DNA of 64,000 bases from Phoronis australis (lineage: Eukaryota; Animalia; Phoronida), in assembly GCA_002633005.1 (NCBI GenBank), contig NMRA01000451.1, positions 39,845 to 103,844 on the forward strand, written 5' to 3'. The translations under genes and the position numbers were made by a program. The notes below the pieces were generated by a model. The model searched no databases. It had not been told where the DNA came from and saw nothing but the letters and a program-made list of their open reading frames with translations. Each line of letters opens with the position of its first letter. The stretch's first letter is position 1. This document shows positions 50,930 to 64,000 of this stretch, in pieces.

Positions 50930-53275
50930 TTTTCGCATTCCATTTCACGTGCGAAAAGATGTCGAACAAGAAATTGCACGACTGACCGATCTCGACGTGA
51001 TTGAGGAAGTCAACGGCCCCACCCCATGGATTAGCCCAGTTGTAGTGATACCCAAGAAAGAAGGCGTACGACTGTGTGTCGACATGACAGAAGCCAATAA
51101 AGCGATTAAGCGAACCAAGCACATCATGCCGACTATTGATGACCTTGTCCATGACCTGAATGGGGCTACAGTATTCAGCAAGTTAGACATGTCAAGTGCC
51201 TACCATCAACTAGAGTTGGACGAAGAAAGTCGTTTCATCGCCACATTTACAACACATGTTGGTCTACGACGATACAAGAGACTACTGTTTGGAGTCAACG
51301 CTGCAGCTGAACTATTTCAGAATACTATTGCACAGTTACTTCAGGACATCCCAGGTGCCAAGAACCTCTCAGACGTCTCACCAAGAAGGACGTCACATGG
51401 TCATGGGGCAAAGATGAAGAGACAGCTTTCAATAACCTGAAGGATGCGCTGACAAGTACCTCAGTACTTGCATATTTCGACCATAAGAAGAAAACCGAAA
51501 TACCAGTCGACGCAAGCCCAGTTGGCCTAGGTGCTGTCTTGATGCAAGAAGATAAAGTCATCTCGTATGCAAGCCGTGCACTCACTGACACTGAGACACG
51601 ATACTCACAGACAGACCGATAAATGCTCGCACTTGTCTTTGGAGTTGAAAAGTTCCATACCTACATTTATGGCTTAACCTTCACGATCACCACTGATCAT
51701 AAATTTTTGCTTGGTATAATCAAGAGCCAGAAGCCCACCACAGCAAGAATGGAGCGATGGAGACTACGACTTATGTCATATGAAATGACCGTGCAGTATT
51801 GTCCAGGAAAAGATGAGAACAACCCAGCAGATTACATGAGTAGTCATCCACTCACACAGCCGAATCGACAAAACTCAGGAGAAGCTTACATTCAGTATGT
51901 AATGAAGACTGCAGTCCCGAAGTCATTGACTGTAGAAGAGGTACGTGCAGCGAGCCGAGAAGATCCAGTGATACAGGCGCTGGTAACAGCTATCGAAACT
52001 GGAATTTGGAACACAGCAAAACTGAGCTCGTTCACATCGTTCAGGGACGAACTATCTGTCACAGATGGAGTTGTTCTTCGAGGACACAGAATCGTCATTT
52101 CTGAGAGCCTCCAGAAGCGTGTAATCACTATTGCCCACAAGTCCCATCAAGGTGTGGTGAAAACCGAACAGCTCATCCGAGAAAATTTGTGGTTCAGTGG
52201 TATTGACAAGGCCGTAGAAAAGGCTGTGAGCGGATGTATTCCATGCCAAGCGTCAAACCCTGGACAACCTCACAGAGAACCAATTGTACATGTACCTACT
52301 GACCTTCCAGTGGAACCGTGGCATTCCCTCGCCATGGATTTTGCGGGTCCATTTCCTACGGGAGAATATCCTCTTGTAGTTATAGATGAATGCAGCAGAT
52401 ATCCAGAAGTAGAAATCGTCTCATCTACTTCAGCTAAGGCTGTGATTCCGAAACTCGAGATGATCTTTGCTCAAGAAGGCAACCCTCACAAACTCAAGAC
52501 CGACAATGGACCGCTCTCCAGCAGCCATGAGTTCTCAGCCTTCGCCCAACACTTCGAAATCGTTCACAAGAAAGTTACGCCGTTGTGGCCAGAAGCAAAT
52601 GGCGAAGCAGAGAGATTTGTGCGAACTCTGAATAAGTACATACGAGCAGCAACAGCAGCCCAAGAGAATTGGAAGACAAAACTTCCCACGTTTCTTTCCC
52701 AGTACAGAGCGACGCCCCACTCCTCTACCAAGACATCTCCGTTTGAAGCCCTCACTGGTCGAAAGATGAACATTGGTCTACCCACCATACATCAGTGTCC
52801 CAACAACGTTTCAGTTCACATTCGCATCGTTGAGAATGACACCACCAGCAAGGCCAAGATGAAGTCATATGCTGATAACCGCCGACATACACAGACTTCG
52901 AATCTGCGACCAGGAGATCACGTGCTAGTGAAGCAACCCAAGTTGAACAAAACAACACCGCCGTTCCAACCGTCACCTTTCACTGTCACTGATAAGAAAG
53001 GCAGCATGATTAAAGCACAACAAGGACAACAGATGATAACCCGTAATTCCTCACACTTCCGACAGATCCACGGTAATATCGACACCAACGAAGAAGACAA
53101 AGAAGATGGATCTACCCAGATCGATACTACAACATCTACTACATCTACCAAGAAACTGTCTACATCTAGTCCCAGTCCCCCAAGTGATGAGATTTCAGCT
53201 ACATCGCAAAACTCCAGACCCAATCGTGACCGACGTCCGCCAGACTATTTAAAGGACTATGTACGAACCCGTTAG
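50930..53275 (+). mobile_element. Ty3/Gypsy LTR retrotransposon pol remnant (RT with internal deletion, RNase H, integrase)
   Basis: PWISPVVVIPKK..RLCVDM..AN, FSKLD..AYHQLEL, VDASPVGLGAVL, TDHK, HKSHQG..CIPC and D,D35E (MDFAGP, TDNGP, NGEAER). RT jumps from NLSD straight to TKKDVTWSWG. Confidence 0.95.
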
Positions 53276-53540
53276 TTGCCGTCAATCTGATTTTGTGCGA
53301 GAGACTATTACAAACATTGTTTATCACATAGACTTTAGAGTTAGTAATTAAGTTCTTGTTCTTACTTGTTTAAGATTACTCTAGCATTCAAGTAGCATGT
53401 AGTTGTTTACTTCTGTCTTCATTTAGTGAATGAGTTTGCACTAGATCTTAGGTGCCACTTAATTAACCTTCATTAGCAAGTTGTCACGTTCTGTTTAGAT
53501 CTTCAGGAACTCGTATTGAGTAGGAATCTTCACTCTGTAG

Positions 53541-53700
53541 TATGGGAGGAGTGTAGTGTTGTTACATTCGAATAGTATAAATGTAATGTACGTCGATCGT
53601 CTGACATACAAAATACACGTTAGTTCCTGATTTAATACTTGTTTTATTAGACTAACTAACGATGCAACAATTTTTAACAAAATACTTATCTATGTTATGT
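53541..53700 (+). repeat. Polypurine tract and start of the 3' LTR
   Basis: GGGAGGAG is immediately followed by TGTAGTG at 53552; the LTR end and the 5' LTR were not identified. Confidence 0.55.
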
Positions 53701-54639
53701 GCTATCGGCAAATGTGATTGATTCATAAATAAGACCCTCACGCTGTGTTTTCTGCGAACCCCATGTATCCTGAAGGGGCTAACTGAGTGATTTTCGTGCA
53801 TGCGCAGTTCACGGTTTCAATATTGCTGGTAATGTTCCTTGGTAAAAGTGTGCTGAACGTGTTAAGAGTGTTTGGCAGGTGTGGTAAGGGTGCACGCACG
53901 TACTAAATGTGCATAGGTTCTCTGCCACGCAGCATTAGAATACGAAGATGTTCTTTAACCCTGCTTTAACGTTCAATGCAAATGCATTTACACGTTTGAA
54001 TATGGCAGCAGTTCACAAACTCCTGAAAACCATTACCCCTGAAACAAAAATACTCTTTCCATCTTCGTGGAACATCCAGACTTTTAGCTTGAATCTTCTA
54101 CTAACATATCTTACGATACTGTGACAGTTTATGCGGTTTGGGTATGTATTACAGTAATGGCTGAATTGCCACACGTAAAAATTGTTGTGACAATTTTTGC
54201 CAGCCTTCATGATCCTATTTGGCAAAGTGTTGACATTTTGGGCCTGCACACCACACGCCGGTCCGGCACTCGTCGAACATAGAAGAGCTGCAGGATTACG
54301 TCAACTAATCCACTTACACTGACCACAGTGCAAGAGCCATATTATAGCTTGGGATCAATTGTTGCTGGTGATATGGGGAAGAAAAGTTGTATACTCGAGA
54401 GCCTGTCCATCAGAAAAGCCAGTGGTGGGGCCAAGAACCGTGACGTGAGTCAGTGCTAACTCTTTCTAAAATTTATGTCATCATGATATGTGTCCCAAGT
54501 TGGTGACTTTATAAAATGACTGAAAAACCACCTAATCATCATTTGGCGAAAAAACACAAACACTGAGAGTCGAACATGCATTACATTAAACATTATAAGG
54601 AGTGCCACTACATTCATGTTACGGGGAAACCAAAAAGAC

Positions 54640-57548
54640 TGACAGCCTGATCTAAGTCCAACGTTCAGGCCTGAGGTGAGACGACGTTCACGTCAAGACA
54701 TGTGAAACTTGTCGTGTAAGTTAGCATCTTATACATGCACTATTCGCGTTGGAGCTCGGGCTGTCCACACTCCCAGAGAGGCTGCGATCTTCCCACGAGT
54801 TGCTACAGAAATGAGAAACTGCAACATCAGTTTGCTGACACTAACCGAGGTGAGGTTGAACACAGTTGGCCAAATTGATAAGCAGAAAGTAGAGACCTTT
54901 CTTTACTCAACTAAAAAAAATGAGGTTAACCCATATGAGCATGGCGTTGGACATATTTTCTAAATCAAAACTTCACCAACAGTCTAATTTAGTGGAACCC
55001 CGTCTCCGACACAATAGTCACATCAAGATTCGAATCCCGTTACCGGCGGATAATAGTTACACAATATACGCACCCACCAGGTGATGGGTTGTCATGACCA
55101 GGGTATCGTGAAAATGGCGACTTCTTCACTTACTTGCGTCTACAACAACCTGGTCAGATATTAGTAGCACAACTTTCCGTCACAAGAGAGGTCATAAATT
55201 AAACCTGTGTCCTGGTGGAAAGAAAAAAAACAAATCAATCACTTTCCCATCCGTAGACATTATATAAGAACCATGGAAGATGTCCGCAGTATGCAAGGTG
55301 CAGATATCGACTCAGACCACTATATAGTTGTTGCTGCATTGCATGTAAAGCTGTCCTCTCAGAAATTTAGTGGAAATGACAGTGTCAATTTTGTCATCAA
55401 CAAGTTACGAAACGACGACAGCAAAACGGAATTTGCACTTCGCAACAGGTTCGCTCAATTACAAGGCGAGACCGCCGATTTCACTACAGAACACTTGTGG
55501 ACCAACATCAAACACACGTGCATTAGTACATGAAGAACTTCTGGGTAAAAGCTCAGTAAAGAACAAGAAACCACGGATTACTGATTTCACTTGGGAAAAT
55601 ATAAAAAAACGAAAAGTCTTGCTGTCAACTGAGTCAAGACCTGTCTCTAGCCAGCGCACAGAACTCTACATATAGAAAGATTAAGAACTTAAAAGATGTA
55701 CAAGAACTGAAACATGGAAATATGCGTTTAGAGCTGAGGAAGCCGCTGCCAAGGGAGACATAATGACACTGTGCGCCACCATCAACCAATCGAGTGGCCA
55801 ATGCTCTATACCTTCAAACAACTTCAGGACAAGGTTGATCAGCTAATCACCAATATTGAAGAGCAATTGGAATGCTAGTGAACTCCTTTCAACACCATGC
55901 TGAATTGCAAACCTCCCTTAAATCCTCCAGCATTGGCTGAAACGACGAAGGAAATCCTCGACATCTGCGTCCATGGAATTCAAAGAGGAAATAAATCTGC
56001 CCTTCAAACCACTTAAGGACAAGGATTGTAAGCTAATCACCAATATTGAAGAGCAACTGGTATGCCAGTGAACTCATTTCAACACCATACTAAAGTGCAA
56101 ACGTCCCTTAAATCCTCCAGCATTGCCTTAACCGAGGGAAATTCTGGACATGTGTCGTCAAGAGCATGAATATTGGGAAAGCATCTGGCATCGACAATAT
56201 CTCATCTGAAGCTGTCTAAGAGGGAGGCGAATTCTCACTCAATGCCCTACACACATTGCTCAACGAGATCTAGGAAACAGATGAGACCCCACAAGACTGG
56301 CCCAAAGGGCTCTTGGTTGGACTGCCGAACGCAGGCGACCTATTCCAACCTAAAAACTTTCTGGCCACACCAAGCAAGATGCTCATCCAGGTAATGCTTA
56401 ACGGAATGAAGGAATCTCTTGACCTTAAACCGATTATATACATGTACCAACAAAAACAGATTTTCCGACAGAACGAACCTTTACTGACCAGATTGATACC
56501 CTGAGGAGGACTGTTTAACAGTCCATCCAATGGAGTTCATCACTCCACCTCGACTTTGTTGATGTCAAGAAACCTTTCGACAGTTCCGACAGAGAAATGA
56601 CTGGAAAATCATCCGGAATTATAAAACACCACGATGGGTTCACATGTCTGGTTATACACAATGTGGACTCAGTCAGCCATTCCAGGATGCAACACGTGTA
56701 CGACATGGATGGTTACTGTCACCTTTTTCTTGATTGCTCTTAATTGGGTGACACGCACCGCATTCTCCGCCCCACCAATTGGTATACTTTACCAGCCGTC
56801 TTGGCAATTTAGGGTATACAAAAAAACCCCTTCTCTTCCTTTTGGCTCAGCAACATCACGAAATTAAACTTAAGACTCGGGTGCTCTCGTTTGGAGCCAA
56901 ACATCAACGTCGAGCAAACCAAGACGATGCGCATTTACGATTGGACAAAATGACAGCATCTGAGTGGATGGGAAAGAGTTAGAAGATGCCCAGTCTTCCA
57001 CCATTTTGTGTAGACAGCACTATGGGTGCAACACAGGAAGACGTCAAGGCTCGCATGAAGCAGAAACATCAACCGCATGCCATGCCAAAACCTGTCTGGA
57101 AGTCCACTCCCTGACACCTCAAGATCTTGAACTCAAATTTCAAGCGCCCTCCTGATTCACAGCTTAACGGCATGATGACTCGATAAATCTATTATCACCA
57201 ATGCTCAAGTCTTTACAGATGACTGACTAGTCTGACAAAAAAAGTAAATTAAACCATGCGGAATAAAGCCAGTTATGAAGTCATAGAAATCCAGATAAAG
57301 AGAAGGAGTGGAGGTGGATTGGTCACACGATACAAAAACCCAATACAAATTACCACCTAGCTTGCCTTAACTGGGACCCCCCAGTGGAAACGTGTAATAT
57401 TGGAGACGAGCTGTGAATCTGAACTCCTTTCTATTGACAGGTTTTGAAACGAGACCCGAACAAAGGCTACCAACTAGACTAGATGGAGAGCAGTCATTGA
57501 GGCCTTATGCACCTGAAGGTGTCTAGAGGCATCAGTCAGGTAAGTCAC
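54640..57548 (+). mobile_element. Decayed RTE-clade LINE (APE endonuclease and RT)
   Basis: EMRNCNISLLTLTEVR, HGVG, DVRSMQGADIDSDHYIVVA and FVDVKKPFDS motifs; WRWIGH at 57309; short AGTC/AAGT-type tail. Confidence 0.85.
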
Positions 57549-57691
57549 TATGTATCGGGAACAGAAAAGAAGGAAATAAAAACATTCCGTTAATTTTCAC
57601 CTCGAGTAACTGATGCATTTGTAAGATGTCTAGTTGATCTCGGTGTTCTTAAATACACTTTGCCCAATTCACACATGTCTAATTGTTTTAC

Positions 57692-57712
57692 CTCCCGTTC
57701 CCAGTGTTGCAC
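57692..57712 (-). CDS. 21-nt micro-exon (GATLGTG)
   Basis: ctgttttgtag|GTGCAACACTGGGAACGGGAG|gtaaaa; same length, phase and GGGA..GGAG frame as the others. Confidence 0.65.
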
Positions 57713-58986
57713 CTACAAAACAGGTAGTATGAATTTAAGGAAACACAAGTTATATCAGATATGCGTTCAAGTATATTTTTTTACTCAAGAGAAAGAAAAT
57801 AACAGCAAGTGATAACTAGCAAATGGAAAAAGCACAACCTTCACGCACTCTAAACGAACAAGTTATTTTCCAAATTATACATGTGCAAGTAAATATTTAC
57901 AGAAGGTTTGCCAAAAGGTGAAAATTAGACCTTTTTCAAAACTGATAATCAGCATTCGTCTAAGTTTGATATAACGATACGATAAATGTAAAAATTTCCA
58001 AATATAGACTTGCTGTGGTCCAACAAAGACTAAAATATAAAGTACTCTCATGAAGGTAGTACCAACATACATGCTTGATATGTTAGTCTTTACTAAATCT
58101 ATGCTTTGCTTAGTTTTATTACTTAAAAAAGCTTGAAATTTGGACCAAAGCACATGTACAAGTGAACAATCACAATTAAACAAAATGATCTAAAGCTTCA
58201 ATAGCATAATAAGACACGCAACTACTATCTCTTACTATCTTCAGCTTTGTTTAAACGTTTCTATGCACATTGTAACATTTACAAGTTTTAACTTTTAGAA
58301 AGGAGTATAAGCCCAAATGGCAACGCTGTTCTGAACAAACATCACATAATCTGTGCTCTACATCAGGTTGTGAAATCAATTTATATGAAAAGTAATTTCA
58401 GTTGGCTGTACTGTATGTCATCTATTGAATTTCTCTGGGAAGAGCTCATTGTACTAGGTAACTTAATTGCCTTCATCAAAGATCAGTTTTGTAACCAATT
58501 CTATAATTTATATCTTTGTTTCATAACTTCCGAAGATAAAAACCTGTTTTGAGTGTCTGACATATCGTTTACATTAACTATGGCGGCCTTGCAGGTCCCA
58601 CTGAAACATGCAAATTTGCCATCAATCAAAATATTTCTATTTAATCAAGCAAAGTCTGCTCAAAATGCGCAATTAATCAATTTTGACTATTTCAATGATA
58701 GTTGCGTTAGAGAGACTTAGCAGCGGCGTGTCCCTTCCAAATGAACCTCTACCTATCAACAGAACCTAACTACATCCGGTCATTCGTCAACCTACCAGAC
58801 TCTACATTTGAAAACAAATGCCTCTGAACTCTGCCGTCTTTCACCTTATTCTCTCCAAAATTAATAACTTTCTCAAAATACCATTACAAAGGCTCAGAGT
58901 AAAGTCTATTAGACCAGTCTGTATAAAAATGGGCCATTAATTTGCAAGTGAACAAAGTCTTTACTGCCGGACTGTTCATACCCAAT

Positions 58987-60477
58987 AGCGGATTTGCAGC
59001 GCAAACGAACTACGCATTGCGCATGTGCGAGTTACTTCCTGCGCGAAGGCTCATGGGATAGCTTATGGTCAGGCTTGTCTTGAGGGGGCTGGATAGTGTG
59101 TGCAGTTGGATTGATTTGCAAACTAAAAACCATGTTTCATTTTTTTGCTTTGTAATACCAAGCGAGTCCTCTATCTCGTTTGTAAATACAGCGAAGCTAT
59201 GATCAGTGACCGTGTGACCGAGGGCACGACTGTCGTCATGTTCAGTATTGGGGCTATCGGCGTTGATTTCGAAATCCCCTCCGGTTTCAGACAAGTTGAG
59301 AGTTCTTGGGTTGCTAAACTTTTGTAGCTTTCGCCGTGGATATGCTAGAGACGTTAATTTTAAGAGGAAACTCCGTCGGAATGTCGTTCTCATGCGTCCT
59401 TTTTCCACCAGGAAAATGTTAGCTGCACACACGATGGTCCATAGGCAATTACATCGCACTGGATCAGTGCCGCAGGCATTCAGGGGTGATAGTACATCCT
59501 CACAAAAAGTTACTCATTTCAAAATACAGCAAATAAAATCAATACATATAGGAACACGGAGTTATTATTACCACAAACCACGACTCTGGAAACAATTTAG
59601 TCAGCAAAACTTCAACAAATCGATGAAAATCTGTCGCGGTTTGCTCGAGTTTCTCTCAGTTACCGGGTGCCATTTTGAGGAAGTTACTTGAAATTACGCA
59701 TGTTGAAGAAAAAAACATCCAAGGGACACACATCTTACAAGTTTCACCCGATACCTTCTCATGCTATTTTACAAGTGTCGCACGCTAGCGTCACGCGCTT
59801 CGCTCAGTCTCGCGCTAACCTTTGCCTAACTCGCGTGATTCAGTTGACATGCTTTGTGGTTATCGCCACGCGGTGATAAAATTAACGGCAACCAAAAAGT
59901 TGAGTTGTAATTCTTCGCCAAAGTCAACTTAATTCTCACAACTAAGCTTCATCAAAGATATGTATAGAAGTAGAAAGAACCAATGATGAAAGTAAGCGTT
60001 TTTTAAATGATAGTTTTAAGTGTAATGTATTTTTGACGAGGTGAAAACTCGAAATCGGTAACCCAAATCCGGTCACGGCCCGTTTAAAATACACTGAAGT
60101 AACGAAATGAGTACAGAAAGCGAATGGAAATATCGTAGCCCCTATATGGCCAACCGAGGGGCTACGTGTTGCCTACTAGATGGCCCCGCGTTGGTTTGAA
60201 TGCGCTAAATCTCCCCTTACTCCCAGCTCTCCTAATGTTGTTTATCCATTTTTCACGAAGTTCTTGGTTTGCAGGAAACACATAAAAATTCAGATTTTTA
60301 TCTCTCTTGTTGTTTTTGAAGCAGCCAGGATTACAACAAATGTATCCGCCGTAAGTTTTCTTCGCGCTCATACCGCGTATTATGCTTGTTACTATGGCCG
60401 CTTTCTGAATCCTGACCACAGCACCCACAATGCACCATTTTAACCTAATTTCAATATGGCGTCGCTGCAAATCCGCT
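58987..60477 (-). mobile_element. ISL2EU-like non-autonomous transposon with a truncated THAP domain (60162-60371)
   Basis: AT|AGCGGATTTGCAGCG ... CGCTGCAAATCCGCT|AT. MSAKK..CCNPGC..FYVFP..LREKWINNIRR is a THAP N-terminal half. Confidence 0.8.
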
Positions 60478-61229
60478 ATTAAGATTTCTCCCCCGAGGCC
60501 GTAAGAACTGGTCTGAGTTGCGCAATTTCTGTGTGGCTCATCATTGGTGTTTTGCCTTATGCAACTGCAAAACCTAAACATGTGGCGTGTCAAGTATCGC
60601 CAAAAGATTATTACAAGTAGAACACACCGTGGTGGTTGCTGAGTCCATGATTTTTTCACTTTAATTTAATCTGACTCGTCTCAAAGTTGGATGAGTTTTG
60701 ATAGAACGTATATTCTTTAGGCGAAAGCACAATAAACGTTCTCGCATCAGTGAAAGCGCGAATTTGAAATCCAAACAGTGGACAGTCATATTCATATTGA
60801 ACATTTAAGACGCTAAAAGATCACCCTCAAAACTTGAAATGCTGACGCCAGCTACTTGATCGCACACGACCGTGGTGTTAAAAGCACGTGCCACTTGTCT
60901 CAAGGGCAAACTTGGCTCTGAGAAGTAAACGGGAAGATCTCTGAGGCGCGAAATCGAATGAAAAACTTTGAACAGTAAAAAACCCATGGTATCATCCTCA
61001 AAACAACATATTCAGTGGATTGAGAAATCTTTCAATATATGTTACTCATCAAATCAGAAAATCCCTCATAACTTGAGAATAATATGTCTCAGCGCGAAAC
61101 CAATAATGCATCACGATAGGCATATCAAATTTCAGGAATCTCACTGAAACGATAGCAGAACTAGAGCTCCCTAAGCGATTCTTCAAAACAGCTATCACAG
61201 CGCCACCTTCTGCCGCGTTTTGCTAAAAA

Positions 61230-62802
61230 TTACAGACCTCAAGCTTTTCACAAGATACAGGATATGTGTAAATTTCCTGTGGATCAGACGTGAAATGCGA
61301 CCTAAAGCGCGAGTGATATACACCACTTTAATTGCAACAAGGAATTGGTCTGTAAACAAACACAAACCAAATCACAGAAAACTACAGGGTGACACAGACG
61401 CCCTCTCAATGAATCATTTTGCACTCAAAATAAACAGCCATGCAATGATGCAAGCACTACTTTTCCTGGTGTAATATCTGACTTTCATTTTGCACTTCTA
61501 TACTGTTGAATATGAATGTAACCTTTACAGCTATGAATGGTTGATTACTAGAAAAATAAATATGCTTTTACATATATGTATTTGTAAAAATAGTACATAA
61601 CCACTTGTTGAGATAATTGTGCAATAACACATGTTCTATATTTCAGGTTACAAAATATACTCATATTTGTGTTGCCCACTTCTTGCCTCAAGATTTCAAA
61701 TGGACACCTGTGAGAAAAAAGTTAAAGCCTGATGAAGTACCCTCACTGTTTGCTTTTGTCACCTCAGGCACATGGTTAAGATCAATCTGCAATAATAAAA
61801 TGCAATTTCGTAGAATTTTAAAGCAAATTGAAATGAATATTTGATACAGCTAGTTGAGTTATTTTCTGTCGATTTTAAATATGAATTATTTTTAAATGGC
61901 AGCATGCAAATCACCAATTACTGAATCATTATATTGTCAAAATCTGAATAAATTAAAATTTAAATTTGATCATAGCAGACACTAAACATGTTTAATACCT
62001 CCAACAAGGTCAATTTAATGTTTTTCAACACCAAATGTAATTAAGTCAATACATACTCATATTAATAAAAATTAGCATGCTACCTCAAATCATTTTAGTG
62101 ACTTCATACTTACAGATAAGTTATGGGGTGGTTCATTTTTTCTGAGATCTGAAACATTTTGCTTGCAACTTGCAAGCACTTGCAACAGGCGTTACTGTAA
62201 ACAAAATTAATGTTTTAGTTTATGACTTCTAAACTGTCCAGATATACAGAAAACAAGACACCACTTGAGATTGAATTAAAATATGAGTACATAATAGAAA
62301 CACATGCACCGCCCACGAAACATCGGTTGCATTTGACGAAATCTCGTAAATTAATTAAACTTAAAACACCCTAAGGGCCTGCAGTAGTTCAGTCAAGATC
62401 CACACACCTGAATCAACTACTTTTGAAATAAACTTATGAATTTAAAAACAAATCTGACAGCCCTCAGCATTTCAAATATAATGTGGCCAGTAGCTTTACA
62501 ACTCGTGGTCAACTTGGTATCATTGCTTTCTTCTTGTAAAACAAAAACCCAGAGAAACAGGTTTGTTATGACTGGCCAGTTGGCATCTTAACAACAACAA
62601 CTGAAGAATGTCAATGCAGCCTATAAAACTACTTACTTCTTATTGATGTAATGTAACCTTCGCTGAAATACTTGTACCCTTTGGAGAGATGGTTCTTTCC
62701 TGATGATTGCGAGGAATTTTTGCAGTATGACTCCACAAAGCCAAATGTTAAGTTTGGAACAAGTGTGAGGTCTCGATCAGCTAGCGCAGAGGAGGCTGCC
62801 AT
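61230..62802. mobile_element. ISL2EU-type remnant: THAP exons (+) converging on a SWIM/YqaJ-type first exon (-)
   Basis: Plus-strand exon from 61647 reads VTKYTHICVAHF..KLKPDEVPSLF. Minus-strand exon 62802-62637 reads MAASS..VPNLTF..KGYKYFSEGYI|gtaagt. Confidence 0.6.
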
Positions 62803-64000
62803 GATTGTAAACAGTTAGTAATCCATCAGTCCTAGCCTCGCTTTCGATTTTCACTTAATATTCATGAGGCAATATTAACAAAGGTCTATTGTCAACACGC
62901 TGCAGAAAACAACTGGAATTGGAGCAAGTCGGCTGGAAAAATAAAAAATCCTTTTAAGCACTTTTTATTTTTTATTAGAATAGTCGTCGACCACAAATCT
63001 TTAGGCGAATGATTCGCTTTTCGAAAAAAGGGATGACGTGTGGACATTCCGTTGCTAGCACAGTTTTCGCTTTCTTTCAGGAACGTCCTGGAAATACGTG
63101 GGGTTTGGTGTCGGGAATGTTGCAAACAAATTCTGAAACCTACGTACACCTCTTGTCACTATCACTTCTACGCTCATTTTCTACCGCCTGGCTCATACTT
63201 CTAGTATACCTGGCCTCCATTTGAGGTCGTAGAAGGCGAAATATGGTCAGACCACTGCGACTAACGTTCTTACTGTCTCGCCATTATAACCGTAAGTTTT
63301 CCGTAGGCGTTTTACCCGCCCTGGGCGTCTTGCCCCACCTTACCAATGAATCTTTACAACAATGTGGTAAGTTCCATATGTATTGTTGTTAAGATTTAGT
63401 ATACTAGTTTGCAGAAATTTTGGCGTGTTTACTTTATTTTATTTGATGAATTCATTCATGGTTTCTTAGCTAGTATGGTTATCTAAAATACCTTAATCTC
63501 ACATCACAAGCATGCGTATTTTCATACTATAGCTCCAAAAGTTTTACAGGTTAGGCGATAAGTACGTTTCTAACCCGTTTTTATCATAGTCCGCTGATGT
63601 AAACAACGTGGACAACGACAAGGTTCTTTCATTACCAGACACGCTCTGATGCCGACTCTCGGAGGCACGCGGTTTGCAAACAACTGCTTAATTCGATTTT
63701 CTGTTGAGGGAGTGGTGTTCTTGTATAAAAACGAATTTTGTCAAGGCTTGTTGAATAAATGTTGCAGTAAGGCAACATGATTGCTGAATTCTGGCAGCAT
63801 TTGTCGCACTTAATGGAGACAAATTAAAGTTCTGCATTTGTAATATATGTGTTTGCGTGTGCGTATGCTTGTTATGAGTGTGCATGTGTGCAAAACGGAT
63901 TAGTACTTCAGTGTAATAGTGCAGTTTGTATAGAGTTATTCACGGTAGACATACTTGCAGAAGAAGCTTGAGTCATTGCAATAAGTTGGTATCTAAAAAT

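Noticed and set aside
58011-58026. Possible GC-donor micro-exon on the minus strand
   Set aside because: 16 nt is not frame-preserving and the donor is non-canonical.
984-63885. Most 60-170 aa ORFs in the supplied track
   Set aside because: Non-ATG starts, no recognisable domains, or antisense shadows of TE/EVE frames.

Overview
AT-rich eukaryotic window, most likely from a marine invertebrate (inferred from the transposon repertoire). It is dominated by decayed and nested transposable elements, and almost all short ORF-track entries are spurious. Three things stand out. (1) A frameshifted fossil of a negative-strand RNA virus L (RdRp/capping/MTase) gene lies on the + strand in two diverged copies (about 3160-21660 and 31960-38300). 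It is invisible in the ORF track and broken up by later insertions. (2) A minus-strand gene is built from 21-nt phase-1 micro-exons encoding Gly-rich heptapeptides, followed by a transmembrane exon (46701-57712); a separate 12-nt micro-exon sits at 1636. (3) An intact, intronless, secreted VWA-like gene (23114-23896) and a truncated pseudogene paralogue form a tandem segmental duplication together with the viral fossil. TEs recognised: Tx1/L1, CR1-group, RNase H-bearing LINE, HERO (RLE), RTE, Gypsy, Academ, hAT (5-bp TSD type), Harbinger MITEs, Kolobok-like, ISL2EU/THAP, Merlin-like and a DIRS/Ngaro-type SGNH ORF. All calls come from manual translation and motif recognition; no database search was run.
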